Origin: Christensenellales bacterium
Lineage (GTDB): Bacteria > Bacillota > Clostridia > Christensenellales > UBA1242
Assembly: GCA_051889215.1 (NCBI GenBank)
Contig: JBJFDC010000003.1
Coordinates: 7,456 to 71,455 of the forward strand
Direction of reading: 5' to 3'
Length of the DNA stretch: 64,000 bases
Position 1 is the first letter of the stretch. The number at the start of each line of letters is the position of its first letter. Below the pieces are notes generated by a model. It was not told the DNA's origin and did no database searches. It saw only the letters and a list, made by a program, of their open reading frames with translations. Shown one piece after another: positions 1-10,829 of this stretch. Both the position numbers and the translations under genes were made by a program.

Positions 1-1845
1 TTGTTCAAGAAGTGCTTTTGCCTCATCTGGGTCATGATAGTTTCCGTCAATATCAAAATATCCGCCGGTCTCATCAAAATATCTTCCTTGTGGGTCATAA
101 TATGTTCCATTTGGATAGCGATAATATCCCTCGCTGTCATAATAACCCTCATACTCATCAACAGGTGGCTGCTCTTCAGCAGTTTGGTCGCCAGTTGTTT
201 GTTCAATGTCAGGTGCAACAACTTGAGGTTCTTCTGAAACAAAATCTTGGACAGGTTCTTGATTTTGTTGTTCAACATTTTCTGAAGTTGTTTGTTCCTC
301 TTGGTTTTGAGGCAAGTCAATCTCTTCGGTTGAATCGCCGCCCTTCTTTCCAACAAGAGCGGATTTTGCTTTTTCGGCAGTTTCAATCAGAGCGTTTGTA
401 TAGAAATTTTCTTTTTCAGAAAGTTCACTATCAAAGTTTTTAATTCTGTCTTTGAGTTGAGAATTTTCATAAGTGAGTTCTTGGACTTGATCTTTGAGTT
501 CAACAATTTGTTGAGCATATGAATCTTTTGTTTCTGAAAGTGATTCACGTTCTTCTTTTTCTTTTGAGTTTGCCACTTTAAGCAAATTTTTGAACACTTT
601 TGTCGAATAGGTTTTGTATTCAGCAAGCATTGCTTTTTCAATATATTTTCTTCTTTCTTCAAGTTCTGCTTTCTTTTTGTCGATTTCGCTCGTCAATGCT
701 TCAAGCTCTTGGTTGAACCTGTATGTCTCTTCTGTGTTGTCTTTTTCAAGTTGAGTGAGTTTTGAGATTTCTTGGTCTTGTTGTTTTTTCAAATAGTTGC
801 CTTCAATACGGTTTGTTGAAGATTCTTGTTGCATACGGATTCTTTCAATGTTTTCTTTTGCCGTCTGCATTTTTCTTTGAATTTCACGTTGAGTGTTGTC
901 GTATGACTTTTTGAGCGTGTCGATTTGACTTTCGACTTGTTGAATTTCGGCAAGAAGTCTGTTTCTCAAACTGAGATAAATTTCAGTTTCTTTCATCGCC
1001 CTATCCAAAATTAGCGAGCCAGAAATATCAACCGAACCAAAATCATAAACCTCATGTTCAACAGCATTGCGTCTTGCTTTTTCAAGTTCCTCTTGCTCTT
1101 GGCGTGCACGTTTTTCCAAATATTCGTTGAGTGCAGGAATGCCTTTTGCAATTTCTTTCTTTGTGAACAAAACTTCAAAGTCAACATATTCTGGCATTGT
1201 TGTCACAGCTTTGTCGATGAGTCTTTGGAAAATGTGAAACGTTTGATATAGGTCAGAAAGATTTGCTGATTGCCTTGCATTTTGATATATGCCATAAATG
1301 CAGCCAATAAAAATCACAAGGGAAGGAATGATTGCAATTCTGAAAATGGCAACACTAACAAATGAGGATTGAGTTGCACTGAGTGCCAAAACTGCTGCTG
1401 AAAGCAAAATTGAAAGTGTTGCAAAAATGATTGTCAAAGCATTCATTGTTTTGATGTTGTTTTTGACCGAACTTGAACGAAGCGGTTTTTCAATGACATT
1501 GTTTGACGACATATAATATGAAGGGGCTTGTTCACGATACAACATATATTGTTGCCAGTGATATCTCAAAGTTTTTGGAACCCTTTTCATCTTCTTGTTA
1601 AATTCAATCAAATTGTTTTCATTTATGTATGAATTATTTAAAAGATAAATATTAATCTTATCAATCGCACGGATAAGTCTAAACTGATAAGCAAAATGTG
1701 ATTTAATCAAAAAATAAACCACGAACAACAGTTCTAGTCCAACAAAAATATAGAACAAAATATCAAGGTTTTTCATCGAACTTCCTATTCCACGGAAATA
1801 GGTTTCAATAAAATTAAACACCCCATCAAATAACAACTTTGACAT
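1..1845 (-). CDS. membrane-anchored coiled-coil protein, C-terminus cut by window edge (absent from ORF track)
   Basis: Checked codon by codon. The minus-strand frame is open from ATG 1845-1843 to position 1 (615 codons, no stop). AAGGAGTG lies 4 nt upstream of the ATG and an in-frame stop sits just upstream of that. The translation has N-terminal hydrophobic segments, a long Glu/Lys/Gln-rich coiled-coil-like middle and a Tyr/Gly/Asp-rich tail. Confidence 0.75.
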   Translation of the reverse strand, partial: MSKLLFDGVFNFIETYFRGIGSSMKNLDILFYIFVGLELLFVVYFLIKSHFAYQFRLIRAIDKINIYLLNNSYINENNLIEFNKKMKRVPKTLRYHWQQYMLYREQAPSYYMSSNNVIEKPLRSSSVKNNIKTMNALTIIFATLSILLSAAVLALSATQSSFVSVAIFRIAIIPSLVIFIGCIYGIYQNARQSANLSDLYQTFHIFQRLIDKAVTTMPEYVDFEVLFTKKEIAKGIPALNEYLEKRARQEQEELEKARRNAVEHEVYDFGSVDISGSLILDRAMKETEIYLSLRNRLLAEIQQVESQIDTLKKSYDNTQREIQRKMQTAKENIERIRMQQESSTNRIEGNYLKKQQDQEISKLTQLEKDNTEETYRFNQELEALTSEIDKKKAELEERRKYIEKAMLAEYKTYSTKVFKNLLKVANSKEKEERESLSETKDSYAQQIVELKDQVQELTYENSQLKDRIKNFDSELSEKENFYTNALIETAEKAKSALVGKKGGDSTEEIDLPQNQEEQTTSENVEQQNQEPVQDFVSEEPQVVAPDIEQTTGDQTAEEQPPVDEYEGYYDSEGYYRYPNGTYYDPQGRYFDETGGYFDIDGNYHDPDEAKALLEQ

Positions 1846-1951
1846 ATATCACTCCTTGTGTTTTTTTGTTAGTATATCACAAGGAATATATTTTAACTAA
1901 TATTTTTAAAATATTTTTTTGAAAAATCATAAAAAATTATGACAAAATTTA

Positions 1952-4900
1952 TTAAATATTTTGACATTTTATGAGTCTTGTGCGATTGACATCAACAACA
2001 TACACTTCATCAATTGTCTTGTTTGTCGCTTTTTCCACAGCAAGTTTATATAGGGCGAGTTGTTTTTTATATTTATTTATAAGTGTGTTTTCATCATTGA
2101 TTTTTGTGATTTTATAGTCGAAAATATAATTTTTTTCACCCAAAACCAAAAGGTCAATTTTGCCTTGAACAATGAGGTCATCACATTCTCCGCCTTCAAC
2201 GATTTCATTCTGGCGAATTTTTGCAATAAACTCCTTTTCGCGAAAGACTTTTCCGCATAAATATGGATTCAGAAGTTGAACAATTTTTAGCACATTTTCA
2301 CTTGAAATTAAAGCGGCATTTTCTTCGCCCAAAATATACAAAATCTCATGGTTTATTTGCTCCAAATTATAGTGTTTTGAAAAATCAATTTTTTCAAATA
2401 TCAAGTGATACAAAGTCCCCAAATCGTTTGCCGCAATTTCACTTGCTTCATGCTCATTTTTTTCAAATCGTTTTGGAGATGTGATTTTTGACGAGTATTC
2501 ATTTTGCTCAAATGCCAAACTTGAAACAGTGTTTTTTTGACATAAATTAATGCTGTTTTTATGAGAATAATTAAAGTTAATATATCGATTTAATTGTTCC
2601 ACAATTTCTTTTGAGCCGCGTGACAAAATTGGCATATTTTTTTCTTGTTCTTCTCGTTTTTGCTCATCGTTTTCAACAAAAAGTTCAACTGAATAGAAAT
2701 TATTTTCATCGACAACCAATGAAGAAGCGGAATGACCAATGTTTGTGATGGTATTTTCATCAAGCGAGCCCAAAATCAAATCCAAATAATTTGTTTTTGA
2801 ACGAACATCATCGTCGTCATCAATTTTTTCAACTTTTTCAAAATCACAAATTCCACAAAGAACAAGTGTGTTTTTCGCACGCGTCAAGGCGACATACAAA
2901 AGTCTCAACTCTTCCGCGATTTCTTCTTGATGATTTTTTGTCTTAATAAACTCATATTGTGGCGAATTATATTCAACCCCATCGTCATCAACATATTTGG
3001 TTGCAAAGCCAAAGTTCGGCGAATAATTTAATTTTTTTGTCGTGCCACCAAGATATAATTCGTGCTCGCAACCAAACAAAAACACAATGGGATACTCGAG
3101 TCCCTTGGAGCTATGAATCGTGTTTATTCCGACAAAGTCTCGCTCGCCCGTCGAAAAGTTTGGAGCGGTTGGTCCTTGGTCGCTTTCAAAATATTCGAGC
3201 AGCCAGCCGATTTTTGCATCAGCATTTGCCTCAATCAAAGAAAAGAATGCTTTGATTCGCTCGCATTTGCCCATGCCATTGATTTGCGACCCACAAAAGT
3301 CATTATATCCGGTGTCAAAAATCAGAAAATGCATCGCATTGCACAAACCCTCAAATTGATAAATTTTCTCAAACCTATCAAACAATTCGAAAAAGGATTT
3401 TAGTTTGTTCGCAATGTCGTCATGTTCGGACATATAATTTTGAACACATTCAACAAATTTTTCGCACCCTCTGTTTTTTATTCTGATTTGAGAAAGTTCT
3501 TCAAAATCAAGGCCGCCAAAAAATGATGATAATGCACAAACAAGGGCAACATCATTATTGCGGTCAAGCAAAAGTTTTGTCATGTTGACAACAACTGCTA
3601 TTTCTGGAAATGAACACAACATCTGATTGCTCGAGGCGACAATAGGCACGCCGCACGCAATGAGTTCTTCGCACAACGTGTCAATGCCAAAGCGAGAACG
3701 AACGAGAATTGTTATGTCTGAAAAGTTGGTGTCGCGCCAAATCCCGCATTTGTCATCATATATTTTTTGCGATTTGAGTTGCAAGATTTTTTGGGCGACA
3801 ACTCGCGCCTCATTTCTCAAGTTTTGACTTGTCAGAAATTCCGAATTGTCTTTTGTTAAATCATACACCCCGTCAAGAATGAATTCATCTTTGCTCTTTG
3901 TTTTTTGTGTCAAACATATTTGAACTGAAGGACTTTGTGACCTTGGATAGTTCGCTTGTGGAATAAATTGCGAATCGTTTTCATAATCCACACCGCTTGT
4001 GCCTTTTGTCATTATTTTTGAAAAAACCATATTTGCAAAATTGAGTATATCCTTGTTGCTTCGGAAGTTGCAATTAAGTGTTTTTGCCACGCCCCCGTTT
4101 CCGCTTGAATAATTGTTCATCATGTCTTGGAAAATTTTTGGGGTTGAGCCACGAAAGCCATAGATGCTTTGCTTGATGTCGCCAACAGTCATAATGGTTG
4201 AATTTTGCAGTTTGTCAAGAATTTGCATTTGAACAGGGTTTGTATCCTGAAATTCGTCAATAAAAACATATTTATAAGTCCCAGATATGCTCTGGCAGAT
4301 TTTTGGATTTTCCAAAAGCTTCAAAAATTTGTGTTCAAGGTCAGAAAAGTCCAAAAGATTTTTCTTCTGCTTTTGAGTTTCATATATGGTTTGACCTTGT
4401 TTGTAGATTTCGAGCAGATTGTCGATTATGTTTTTTGCGCGCTGGCTCAACATTTCTTCGCTTTCTGGGTCGCAAAACTTCAATCTGTCTTTGAGTCGTT
4501 TCAACTTTTTTGAAAACTTTGTTCGAACAAACTTGGTGTGAATGGAAAATTCGTCTTCGTCTTGAAATGAATATTGAGGCAAGCGCGACATGGAGAAAAG
4601 CGCCTGTTGATTTTGTTCAAAATCTTGTTCACTTTTTATCAAATCAAGAAAGTCGTAAATTTTTCTCAAATTGATTTTTAATTTTTCTCGCTCTTCCCCC
4701 GCATTGTTGATTAACCCTGCAAACACGTTTTTGTGGTGACTTGCAAAATCTATGATTTCTTTGTTGAAAAATTCCCTATAAATCTGCTTGCCTTCATGAG
4801 AATATAAGAATGTGGAAAGTTGTTCAATCCATGAATTTGGATTGATTTGATTTTCCAAAAAGTTATTAATTTGTTCAACAGCACAAACAATGTCATTATC

Positions 4901-5389
4901 ACTGCGAGACGTTGAAAAAAACTGCAACAAATCTTCATAGTCTTGTGGGTTTTGATTTTTAAATTTCAAAACCGCGCGTTTTATGCATTTGTTTGCCATA
5001 ATTTTTTGTTTGTCTTCAGAAACAAGTTCAAAATCGGCAGAAATTTTTGCCTCATAAAAATATTTTTTTAACATTTTTTGGCAAAAAGCGTGAATGGTTG
5101 AAATATCGCACACGCGAATGAGGTCAAGTTGTTCAACAAGTTCGGGGATTTCGTCCACTTTTTCCATCAATTTCTTTTCAAGACGTTGCGACATTTCTGT
5201 TGCCGATTGATTTGTGAATGTGAGAATCAACATTTCGTCAAGGTCGGCATGATTTTTGTCTCGACTCGTCAAAATTTTCATGATTCTTTCAATCATAACA
5301 AAAGTCTTGCCACTGCCCGCCGAGGCACTGACAATCATATTAACTTTGTTTTCGTCAATAATATTCTTTTGTTCAATAATCTCTTTCAT
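1952..5389 (-). CDS. addA: ATP-dependent helicase/nuclease AddA (UvrD-like helicase plus C-terminal PD-(D/E)XK nuclease)
   Basis: 1145 aa. Walker A motif SASAGSGKTFVM near the N-terminus, UvrD-type motifs, and a C-terminal GKIDLL...DYK nuclease motif. ATGA overlap with upstream addB. AGGAG ribosome-binding site (RBS). Confidence 0.9.
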   Translation of the reverse strand: MKEIIEQKNIIDENKVNMIVSASAGSGKTFVMIERIMKILTSRDKNHADLDEMLILTFTNQSATEMSQRLEKKLMEKVDEIPELVEQLDLIRVCDISTIHAFCQKMLKKYFYEAKISADFELVSEDKQKIMANKCIKRAVLKFKNQNPQDYEDLLQFFSTSRSDNDIVCAVEQINNFLENQINPNSWIEQLSTFLYSHEGKQIYREFFNKEIIDFASHHKNVFAGLINNAGEEREKLKINLRKIYDFLDLIKSEQDFEQNQQALFSMSRLPQYSFQDEDEFSIHTKFVRTKFSKKLKRLKDRLKFCDPESEEMLSQRAKNIIDNLLEIYKQGQTIYETQKQKKNLLDFSDLEHKFLKLLENPKICQSISGTYKYVFIDEFQDTNPVQMQILDKLQNSTIMTVGDIKQSIYGFRGSTPKIFQDMMNNYSSGNGGVAKTLNCNFRSNKDILNFANMVFSKIMTKGTSGVDYENDSQFIPQANYPRSQSPSVQICLTQKTKSKDEFILDGVYDLTKDNSEFLTSQNLRNEARVVAQKILQLKSQKIYDDKCGIWRDTNFSDITILVRSRFGIDTLCEELIACGVPIVASSNQMLCSFPEIAVVVNMTKLLLDRNNDVALVCALSSFFGGLDFEELSQIRIKNRGCEKFVECVQNYMSEHDDIANKLKSFFELFDRFEKIYQFEGLCNAMHFLIFDTGYNDFCGSQINGMGKCERIKAFFSLIEANADAKIGWLLEYFESDQGPTAPNFSTGERDFVGINTIHSSKGLEYPIVFLFGCEHELYLGGTTKKLNYSPNFGFATKYVDDDGVEYNSPQYEFIKTKNHQEEIAEELRLLYVALTRAKNTLVLCGICDFEKVEKIDDDDDVRSKTNYLDLILGSLDENTITNIGHSASSLVVDENNFYSVELFVENDEQKREEQEKNMPILSRGSKEIVEQLNRYINFNYSHKNSINLCQKNTVSSLAFEQNEYSSKITSPKRFEKNEHEASEIAANDLGTLYHLIFEKIDFSKHYNLEQINHEILYILGEENAALISSENVLKIVQLLNPYLCGKVFREKEFIAKIRQNEIVEGGECDDLIVQGKIDLLVLGEKNYIFDYKITKINDENTLINKYKKQLALYKLAVEKATNKTIDEVYVVDVNRTRLIKCQNI

Positions 5390-8300
5390 TCATTCTCCTG
5401 TTTTTCGGTCGGCTTTCTTGACAGGCGATATTTATTGCCGCCATTTTGGTCAAACTTGCAAATCCCCAAAAACTTGCAATAAACGCATGGCAATTTGTCA
5501 GTTTTTAGAGGCGAAGGACAGATATATCCATCGCAGATATTTTTTAGGTTTTGTTCCATGACGGACTTTGCCATGTCCATCATGTTTGAAAACTCTTTTT
5601 GAGTGACCATCGTCTTGTTGCGAGCAGAATATGTCCCGTCCTTTTTGAGTTTCACACCAAGCATCTTGCTGCAACCATTTTGTTTGAGATTTTGGTCAAA
5701 ATTTTCCGCCTCTTCATCAACAAAAAAGCCCAAAAATGTTTTTGCATTTTTCTTTTTTCGTTTGGCTGAAATTGGATAGTAAAGCGCTCCCACCGCTTGG
5801 ACTCCCTCACTTTGCTCAAGCGCTTTCAAATAGACGAAGATTTGAATTTTGTTGCCAAAGATAATATCTTGAACATTGTGTTCAGTTTTGCCAGTTTTGT
5901 AGTCGACAACGACAATTTTGTTTTCAAACTTGTCAACCCTGTCAACAATTCCACCGAATGCAATTTTTCGCCCACCAAAATCAAATTGCATTTTTCCTCC
6001 GCCAACATATTTTTCGACATATTCAATTTTAAATTTGGAATTTTCCTGTTCTTCCAAGATGTCGCGGATTGTCTGTTTGCATTCTCTTTTGAGCGAATTT
6101 AGAATTGAAGAAAATTTTTTGTAAGAGAAGAAAATTGCATATTTTTCGTCAATTGCAATTTGCTTGAAAAACTCATCGACAAAACAATCGACATCGGATT
6201 GTGGTCTGATAAAATATTTTTCCAAACACAAATGAACAATGTTCCCAAGCGTTGCCTCATCAAGGTCAATTGGCTTGTTTTCGTCAAGTTTGAGTCCATA
6301 TTTCAAGAAAAACATAAACGGACATTTTGCATAAGTTTCAAGAGCAGAAACAGAAAACTTGTCATTTGCAAAAAACAAATCGTTTTTCTTTAAATTTGGA
6401 GTGATGTTCGCCGATTGAGAATTGTTGACAAGTTTTTCTATGCTTGGGTCATTTTTCTTGAGAACATCAAACAACGAATTAAATTGTTGCTCACAAGAAA
6501 ATTTTGGATTTTGAATGTAAGCAACAAGTTGCTCTCTCGCACGTTTTGCCGAACATATTTCTTTTGCGAAATCATCACTTTGAACATCTCCGGCAAATCC
6601 AATTTTTTGTGCACTTTCCCCAAACATTTTCATGAGTCCCAAAACAAATGTTGATTCGGCGAGTTTTTTTCCATCATCAGACAGCGAAACCCATGAAACA
6701 AACAATTTTTGTTTTGGAATTGAAAGAACAGAACACAGTTTGAGGCGTTTTCTCAAATTGATTGTTCTTATTGTCGGGTCAATTTTAACTTTGTTTGCGT
6801 GCCGTGCGATATCTTTGTCCGAAAGAAGCCCAACATCTTTTTGAAAGTCCGGCATTTTGTCTTGATTTGCTCCACACAAAAAGAAAATCTTGTCACTTTC
6901 AAAAAAACTTTTTGAAACATCTCCAACAAAAACCTGGTCAACCCCCAAAGGGACACCTCCCAGTTTTGTCCCAGCAAACACGTTGTTTAACAAAACGACA
7001 AACTCTGAAAAACTCAAATTTTCATCTTTTGTTTCTTGCTCAAAAGTTTTGAGAATATCAAGAATTTTTTCATTCAGATTTTCATAAATTTTTTGATTTT
7101 CAACATCTTGTTCTTTGACAAAATAATCTCGAATTTTTTGAGTGGTTTCCAAAACGCAAAAAGCATCAAAAATTCTCCTTATAAAATCCACGAAATCTTT
7201 TCCGCAAAGTTTGTCCGAACTGCCAACATTTTTCACTGCAAGCGAGTCCAAAATTGACTTGATTTTTTCATATATTTTTGCGTCATTTTGATTCTGAAAT
7301 TTATGCAAATTGAGGTCATCGTCAATCAACCTATATCTATCAATAAATCGACAAATTTCAAAGCACTCTTCATTTGTTAGATTTGCATATACATTGGAAA
7401 ATATATCGTAAAGAATTGATGTGTCATTTTCTTGTATGTATTGAAAAATCAAATTCAAAAATTCAACAGGTTTTGTTTGTGAAAGTGTTTTGTCGGTGTC
7501 AAAAAAACATGGGATTTCGTAGTCGTCAAAAATTCTTTTGGCACAATTATAATTGCCGTCGAGGTCACTGATTCCAACAACACAGTCGCAAAATCTTCCG
7601 CCCGACACCACATGACTTTTTATTTCTTTTGCAACCGCTTCAATTTGGGCTTGATTTGTTGAACACTCCCAAAAGTGCGCAAAATCTTTTATTTCAAATT
7701 TGTGCGGGTTGGAAAGATATATGTTGGTCGAAATAAGGTTGGAAACAAAATTTGAAGATGTCGCAAATTTTTCTTCAATCTCAACATCTTGGTCTTTGGC
7801 GATGGATTTTAGGTTGTTATATAGTTGCGTGTCATAAACAAATTTATTTTTTTGATTTGACTGCGGATAGGAAAGCGCAAACTCAACACTTTTTGCTTTT
7901 TTGAGAAGTGTTCTAACAATGTTGAGTCCTTGATTTGTCATGCTGTCAAAAAATGCAAAATATATCCTCGCGTTATCAAGCTGCGCGCTCGGGAGATTTT
8001 GAACAAAAAGATTCAAAAAATCCGCCCCATCAATTCCATGTTTTTGCTTTTCTTCATAGTTTTTGTATATCAAATGAATGTCATGGATTTTATCGTCTTG
8101 CAAGCATTCTTCAAGTGTATATGGCGAAATCTCGCTGGTTTTGAGTTGAGATATGGTGTTTTTTATCTGTTGCAAAAACGAAACATCAATATTTGATTTT
8201 GGAAAAAACTTGAAATTGTTTTTTTCTTCATACACCGCCTTGCCCAAAGCAATGAGTTGACTGTTTGACGAAAGTGATTTTGGCAACACGTTTTGCTCTT

Positions 8301-8526
8301 TGAGAACGAGTGAGGCAAATCTGTTTATGCCCATCACTTTTATGTTTAGAGTTGATGAAATGTTGAGCTTGTTGAACACAAGTTTTTCGGTTATAAGTGA
8401 GAATCTGTCGGGAACAATGATGATTTGATCTTCTTCATATCGTGAAATATTCGGAGCAATGTCCAAAACAACCTGCTCCGATGCACAAGTGATGTCAGTT
8501 CCCTTTGTCAAAATTAATTTGCTCAC
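5386..8526 (-). CDS. addB: helicase-nuclease AddB (inactive helicase fold, C-terminal Fe-S nuclease domain)
   Basis: 1046 aa, sits immediately 5' of addA. The C-terminus has the cysteine pattern (C...CxxC...C) and a DYK-type nuclease motif typical of AddB. The start is a GTG with no clear RBS, so the start is less certain. Confidence 0.85.
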   Translation of the reverse strand: MSKLILTKGTDITCASEQVVLDIAPNISRYEEDQIIIVPDRFSLITEKLVFNKLNISSTLNIKVMGINRFASLVLKEQNVLPKSLSSNSQLIALGKAVYEEKNNFKFFPKSNIDVSFLQQIKNTISQLKTSEISPYTLEECLQDDKIHDIHLIYKNYEEKQKHGIDGADFLNLFVQNLPSAQLDNARIYFAFFDSMTNQGLNIVRTLLKKAKSVEFALSYPQSNQKNKFVYDTQLYNNLKSIAKDQDVEIEEKFATSSNFVSNLISTNIYLSNPHKFEIKDFAHFWECSTNQAQIEAVAKEIKSHVVSGGRFCDCVVGISDLDGNYNCAKRIFDDYEIPCFFDTDKTLSQTKPVEFLNLIFQYIQENDTSILYDIFSNVYANLTNEECFEICRFIDRYRLIDDDLNLHKFQNQNDAKIYEKIKSILDSLAVKNVGSSDKLCGKDFVDFIRRIFDAFCVLETTQKIRDYFVKEQDVENQKIYENLNEKILDILKTFEQETKDENLSFSEFVVLLNNVFAGTKLGGVPLGVDQVFVGDVSKSFFESDKIFFLCGANQDKMPDFQKDVGLLSDKDIARHANKVKIDPTIRTINLRKRLKLCSVLSIPKQKLFVSWVSLSDDGKKLAESTFVLGLMKMFGESAQKIGFAGDVQSDDFAKEICSAKRAREQLVAYIQNPKFSCEQQFNSLFDVLKKNDPSIEKLVNNSQSANITPNLKKNDLFFANDKFSVSALETYAKCPFMFFLKYGLKLDENKPIDLDEATLGNIVHLCLEKYFIRPQSDVDCFVDEFFKQIAIDEKYAIFFSYKKFSSILNSLKRECKQTIRDILEEQENSKFKIEYVEKYVGGGKMQFDFGGRKIAFGGIVDRVDKFENKIVVVDYKTGKTEHNVQDIIFGNKIQIFVYLKALEQSEGVQAVGALYYPISAKRKKKNAKTFLGFFVDEEAENFDQNLKQNGCSKMLGVKLKKDGTYSARNKTMVTQKEFSNMMDMAKSVMEQNLKNICDGYICPSPLKTDKLPCVYCKFLGICKFDQNGGNKYRLSRKPTEKQENE

Positions 8527-8564
8527 ACAATCATTTTATCACACACGCGTTTTTTGACAAAACA

Positions 8565-9428
8565 TTATGCTTTTAATTTTTGTTTATTCTTTTTGGGAAT
8601 TGTGTTGGCAAATTTTTTCAATTCGTGCATTTTGTTTGATTCAACAAAATTTTCAACCTCTTTGCTGCGTTTTTCTTGCAATCTAATTTTTAGATTTTTG
8701 TTCTCGCTTTTTAGTTTTTCCAAACTTGATGAAAGTTCTTTTATTTGACTGTCTTTTGAAGACAGGGCGACATATGCTTTGGCGAGATTATCGCTCGCGC
8801 TTTTCATTTCCAATCGATTTTGCACCTCTGCTTGCTCACATGCAGCACGCTTGACAAGTCTGACGAGCCCCATAAACAACACTTCAATATCCTTGTCGGA
8901 AAGCGAACCTTTTTGTTTTGGCATGACCAAAATGTTGTTCATTTTTGGGGACGCGTTTAACGTGCTTGGAACAACAATCCCCTCTCGCTTTAATTCGTCA
9001 ACACATTCTGAAAATAGCCGCTGATTTCCCTTCAAAACATTGCGATATTTGTTTTGAAATCTAATCATTTTTCCAAGGTCATCGCCCGACAAAGTCAAAC
9101 ACGCTTTGCGCACACTCATTCCCTTTGCACATAGTCGCAAAATGTTTTTCACAACTTCTTTTTCTTCTTTTTGGTCAAAAGGTGTTTGCTTGATTTTTTC
9201 ATGTTTTGACAAATCAATTTTGAGTCTTTGACATTTGCTCTTGTTGTTTTGCAACTCTCCCAGTTCCAGGTAGTAATAATTTCTGACACTGTTTGGCTTT
9301 CTTTTTGTCAAGTCCGCATAATTTTTAAAAATGGACAAAAGCGAGAGATGTTTTTCTTTCCCCGCCTCAACAAAACAAAATAGTTTTTTTATTTCTTCAT
9401 CTTTCCATGAACAATAAATTGTTTTCAT
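8565..9428 (-). CDS. Myb/SANT-like (RsfA-family-like) DNA-binding protein with C-terminal coiled coil
   Basis: The N-terminal W..EE...L...V......F.......R...SVRNYY pattern resembles RsfA/Myb-like HTH domains. The C-terminus is a Lys/Glu coiled coil. Start moved to the ATG at 9428, which is preceded by GGAGG. Confidence 0.55.
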   Translation of the reverse strand: MKTIYCSWKDEEIKKLFCFVEAGKEKHLSLLSIFKNYADLTKRKPNSVRNYYYLELGELQNNKSKCQRLKIDLSKHEKIKQTPFDQKEEKEVVKNILRLCAKGMSVRKACLTLSGDDLGKMIRFQNKYRNVLKGNQRLFSECVDELKREGIVVPSTLNASPKMNNILVMPKQKGSLSDKDIEVLFMGLVRLVKRAACEQAEVQNRLEMKSASDNLAKAYVALSSKDSQIKELSSSLEKLKSENKNLKIRLQEKRSKEVENFVESNKMHELKKFANTIPKKNKQKLKA

Positions 9429-9517
9429 AAATCCTCCAACACCATTATTGACATTGTCTTGTGATTTATACATATTTATGACATCATAAAAAAACGCTTG
9501 GCATCATACTTTATGTT

Positions 9518-10486
9518 ATGGAGCGAACAAGGTTTAAGTTTTCTGCAAAAACACCTTGCCTTGTCTTTTGTGACAAGGTTTTTCTTGGTGAAATAGATAA
9601 AAACGTTTGTGCAAAACTTGAGATTTTGGAAGGACAAACAAAATATATTGAAGTTTTTCCAAAATCGACAAAAGATGTCACCTATTTTATTCCTTTTGCT
9701 TTTGAGTTGTCGTCCAACACAAAATTATCTTCAAACTATGTCATCTATGATTTGCTCGATGCAAATTATGAGATTGAAATAAAACCTCGCCTCGAATTGC
9801 ATATGCCAATGTCTTTTGACAATATTTTTGAAGAAGAAAAAAGCGGCACGAATATATGCGTCCTTTCTTCTTCTGTCACAAAAATCATTCTTCAAAACAA
9901 AAAGAACAAGGTTGAATTTTGCCCAAAATGCGTGTTGCGTGACATTGCGTGCAAATCATTTTCTTGGGATAACTCCGACTATTTTGTCCTCACTGCAAAA
10001 ACTCAAGAAAACTTGCAATATCTGTTTGTCGCAAATCTCAACAATATTGATTGCTGCATTCAAAAATTTTGCGACGACATAACTTTTGATTTGCCCAAAA
10101 TCTCCACCCTGAATTTTTGTCATGACTTCTATGAGCACGCGATTATAAGCAAATATGAATTAAATCCAAGCGGACTAAAAAAACTTGATTGTTATTCCAG
10201 CCGAAAAGAACAAACATCTTTTTTGACCCCAACCCGAAAAGACACCGCAAAAGTTTTTTTTGAATGTGTGAAGGTGCGAGACTATGAACTTGCTCGGTTT
10301 TTGATGACAAAACAACTCTCGGAACTTTTGAGTGACCAACACCTAAAACGTTTTTTCCCAAAATTCGACAAAATAAAACTCGCTCCCGAGCGAGATGTTG
10401 TTTTGCTTGTTGGCGAAGAGAAAACATATTTTCAACTATCATTCGTTGACGGAAAAATTGATAATATAGAAATATTTGATAGATAA
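9518..10486 (+). CDS. hypothetical protein (322 aa, Cys-rich, no recognised domain)
   Basis: Long ORF, divergent from the RsfA-like gene. I recognise no motif. Confidence 0.6.
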   Translation: MERTRFKFSAKTPCLVFCDKVFLGEIDKNVCAKLEILEGQTKYIEVFPKSTKDVTYFIPFAFELSSNTKLSSNYVIYDLLDANYEIEIKPRLELHMPMSFDNIFEEEKSGTNICVLSSSVTKIILQNKKNKVEFCPKCVLRDIACKSFSWDNSDYFVLTAKTQENLQYLFVANLNNIDCCIQKFCDDITFDLPKISTLNFCHDFYEHAIISKYELNPSGLKKLDCYSSRKEQTSFLTPTRKDTAKVFFECVKVRDYELARFLMTKQLSELLSDQHLKRFFPKFDKIKLAPERDVVLLVGEEKTYFQLSFVDGKIDNIEIFDR

Positions 10487-10531
10487 TTTGACATTATCAA
10501 AAAAACAAGAGATAATAATATAGAGGTTGTT

Positions 10532-10759
10532 ATGGAAGATAAAAAATTCACTTGTTGCGATTGTAAAAAAGAATTTGTTTGGACTGTTGAAAATCAAAAA
10601 TTTTTCAAAGACAACAAAATTGACAAAGAGCCCGTTCGCTGCCGCGAGTGTGCAATAATTTTGAGAGACAAGCGCAAACAAGAAGCAAAAAAAGAAAAAC
10701 AAAACAAAAATCAGGCCGAAGTCAAACCTGAAAAACAAACTGAAAAAAACAAAAAATAA
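10532..10759 (+). CDS. small zinc-ribbon protein with Lys-rich tail
   Basis: CxxC...CxxC with F.W..E.Q.F......+.P.RC.EC resembles the 'probable zinc-ribbon' family. Followed directly by a terminator. Confidence 0.65.
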   Translation: MEDKKFTCCDCKKEFVWTVENQKFFKDNKIDKEPVRCRECAIILRDKRKQEAKKEKQNKNQAEVKPEKQTEKNKK

Positions 10760-10781
10760 TGGTTCCGCCATTATTTTTTTA
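10755..10781. terminator. bidirectional rho-independent terminator
   Basis: AATAATGG-TTCCG-CCATTATT (8-bp stem), flanked by an A-run and a T-run. Lies between convergent genes. Confidence 0.6.
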
Positions 10782-10829
10782 TTTTTGATTGAGTATTTTG
10801 AGATTTTAAACAAAAGAAACGCCAACAAC

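Noticed and set aside
1-443. Plus-strand ORFs 1-237 and 12-443
   Set aside because: They are antisense to a 615-codon open minus-strand frame that has a proper RBS. Their composition is the usual shadow of a Glu/Lys-rich gene.
10439-10828. 129-aa minus-strand ORF
   Set aside because: It is antisense to the zinc-ribbon gene and runs across a bidirectional terminator. It is Phe/Leu-rich, the shadow of Lys/Glu codons.
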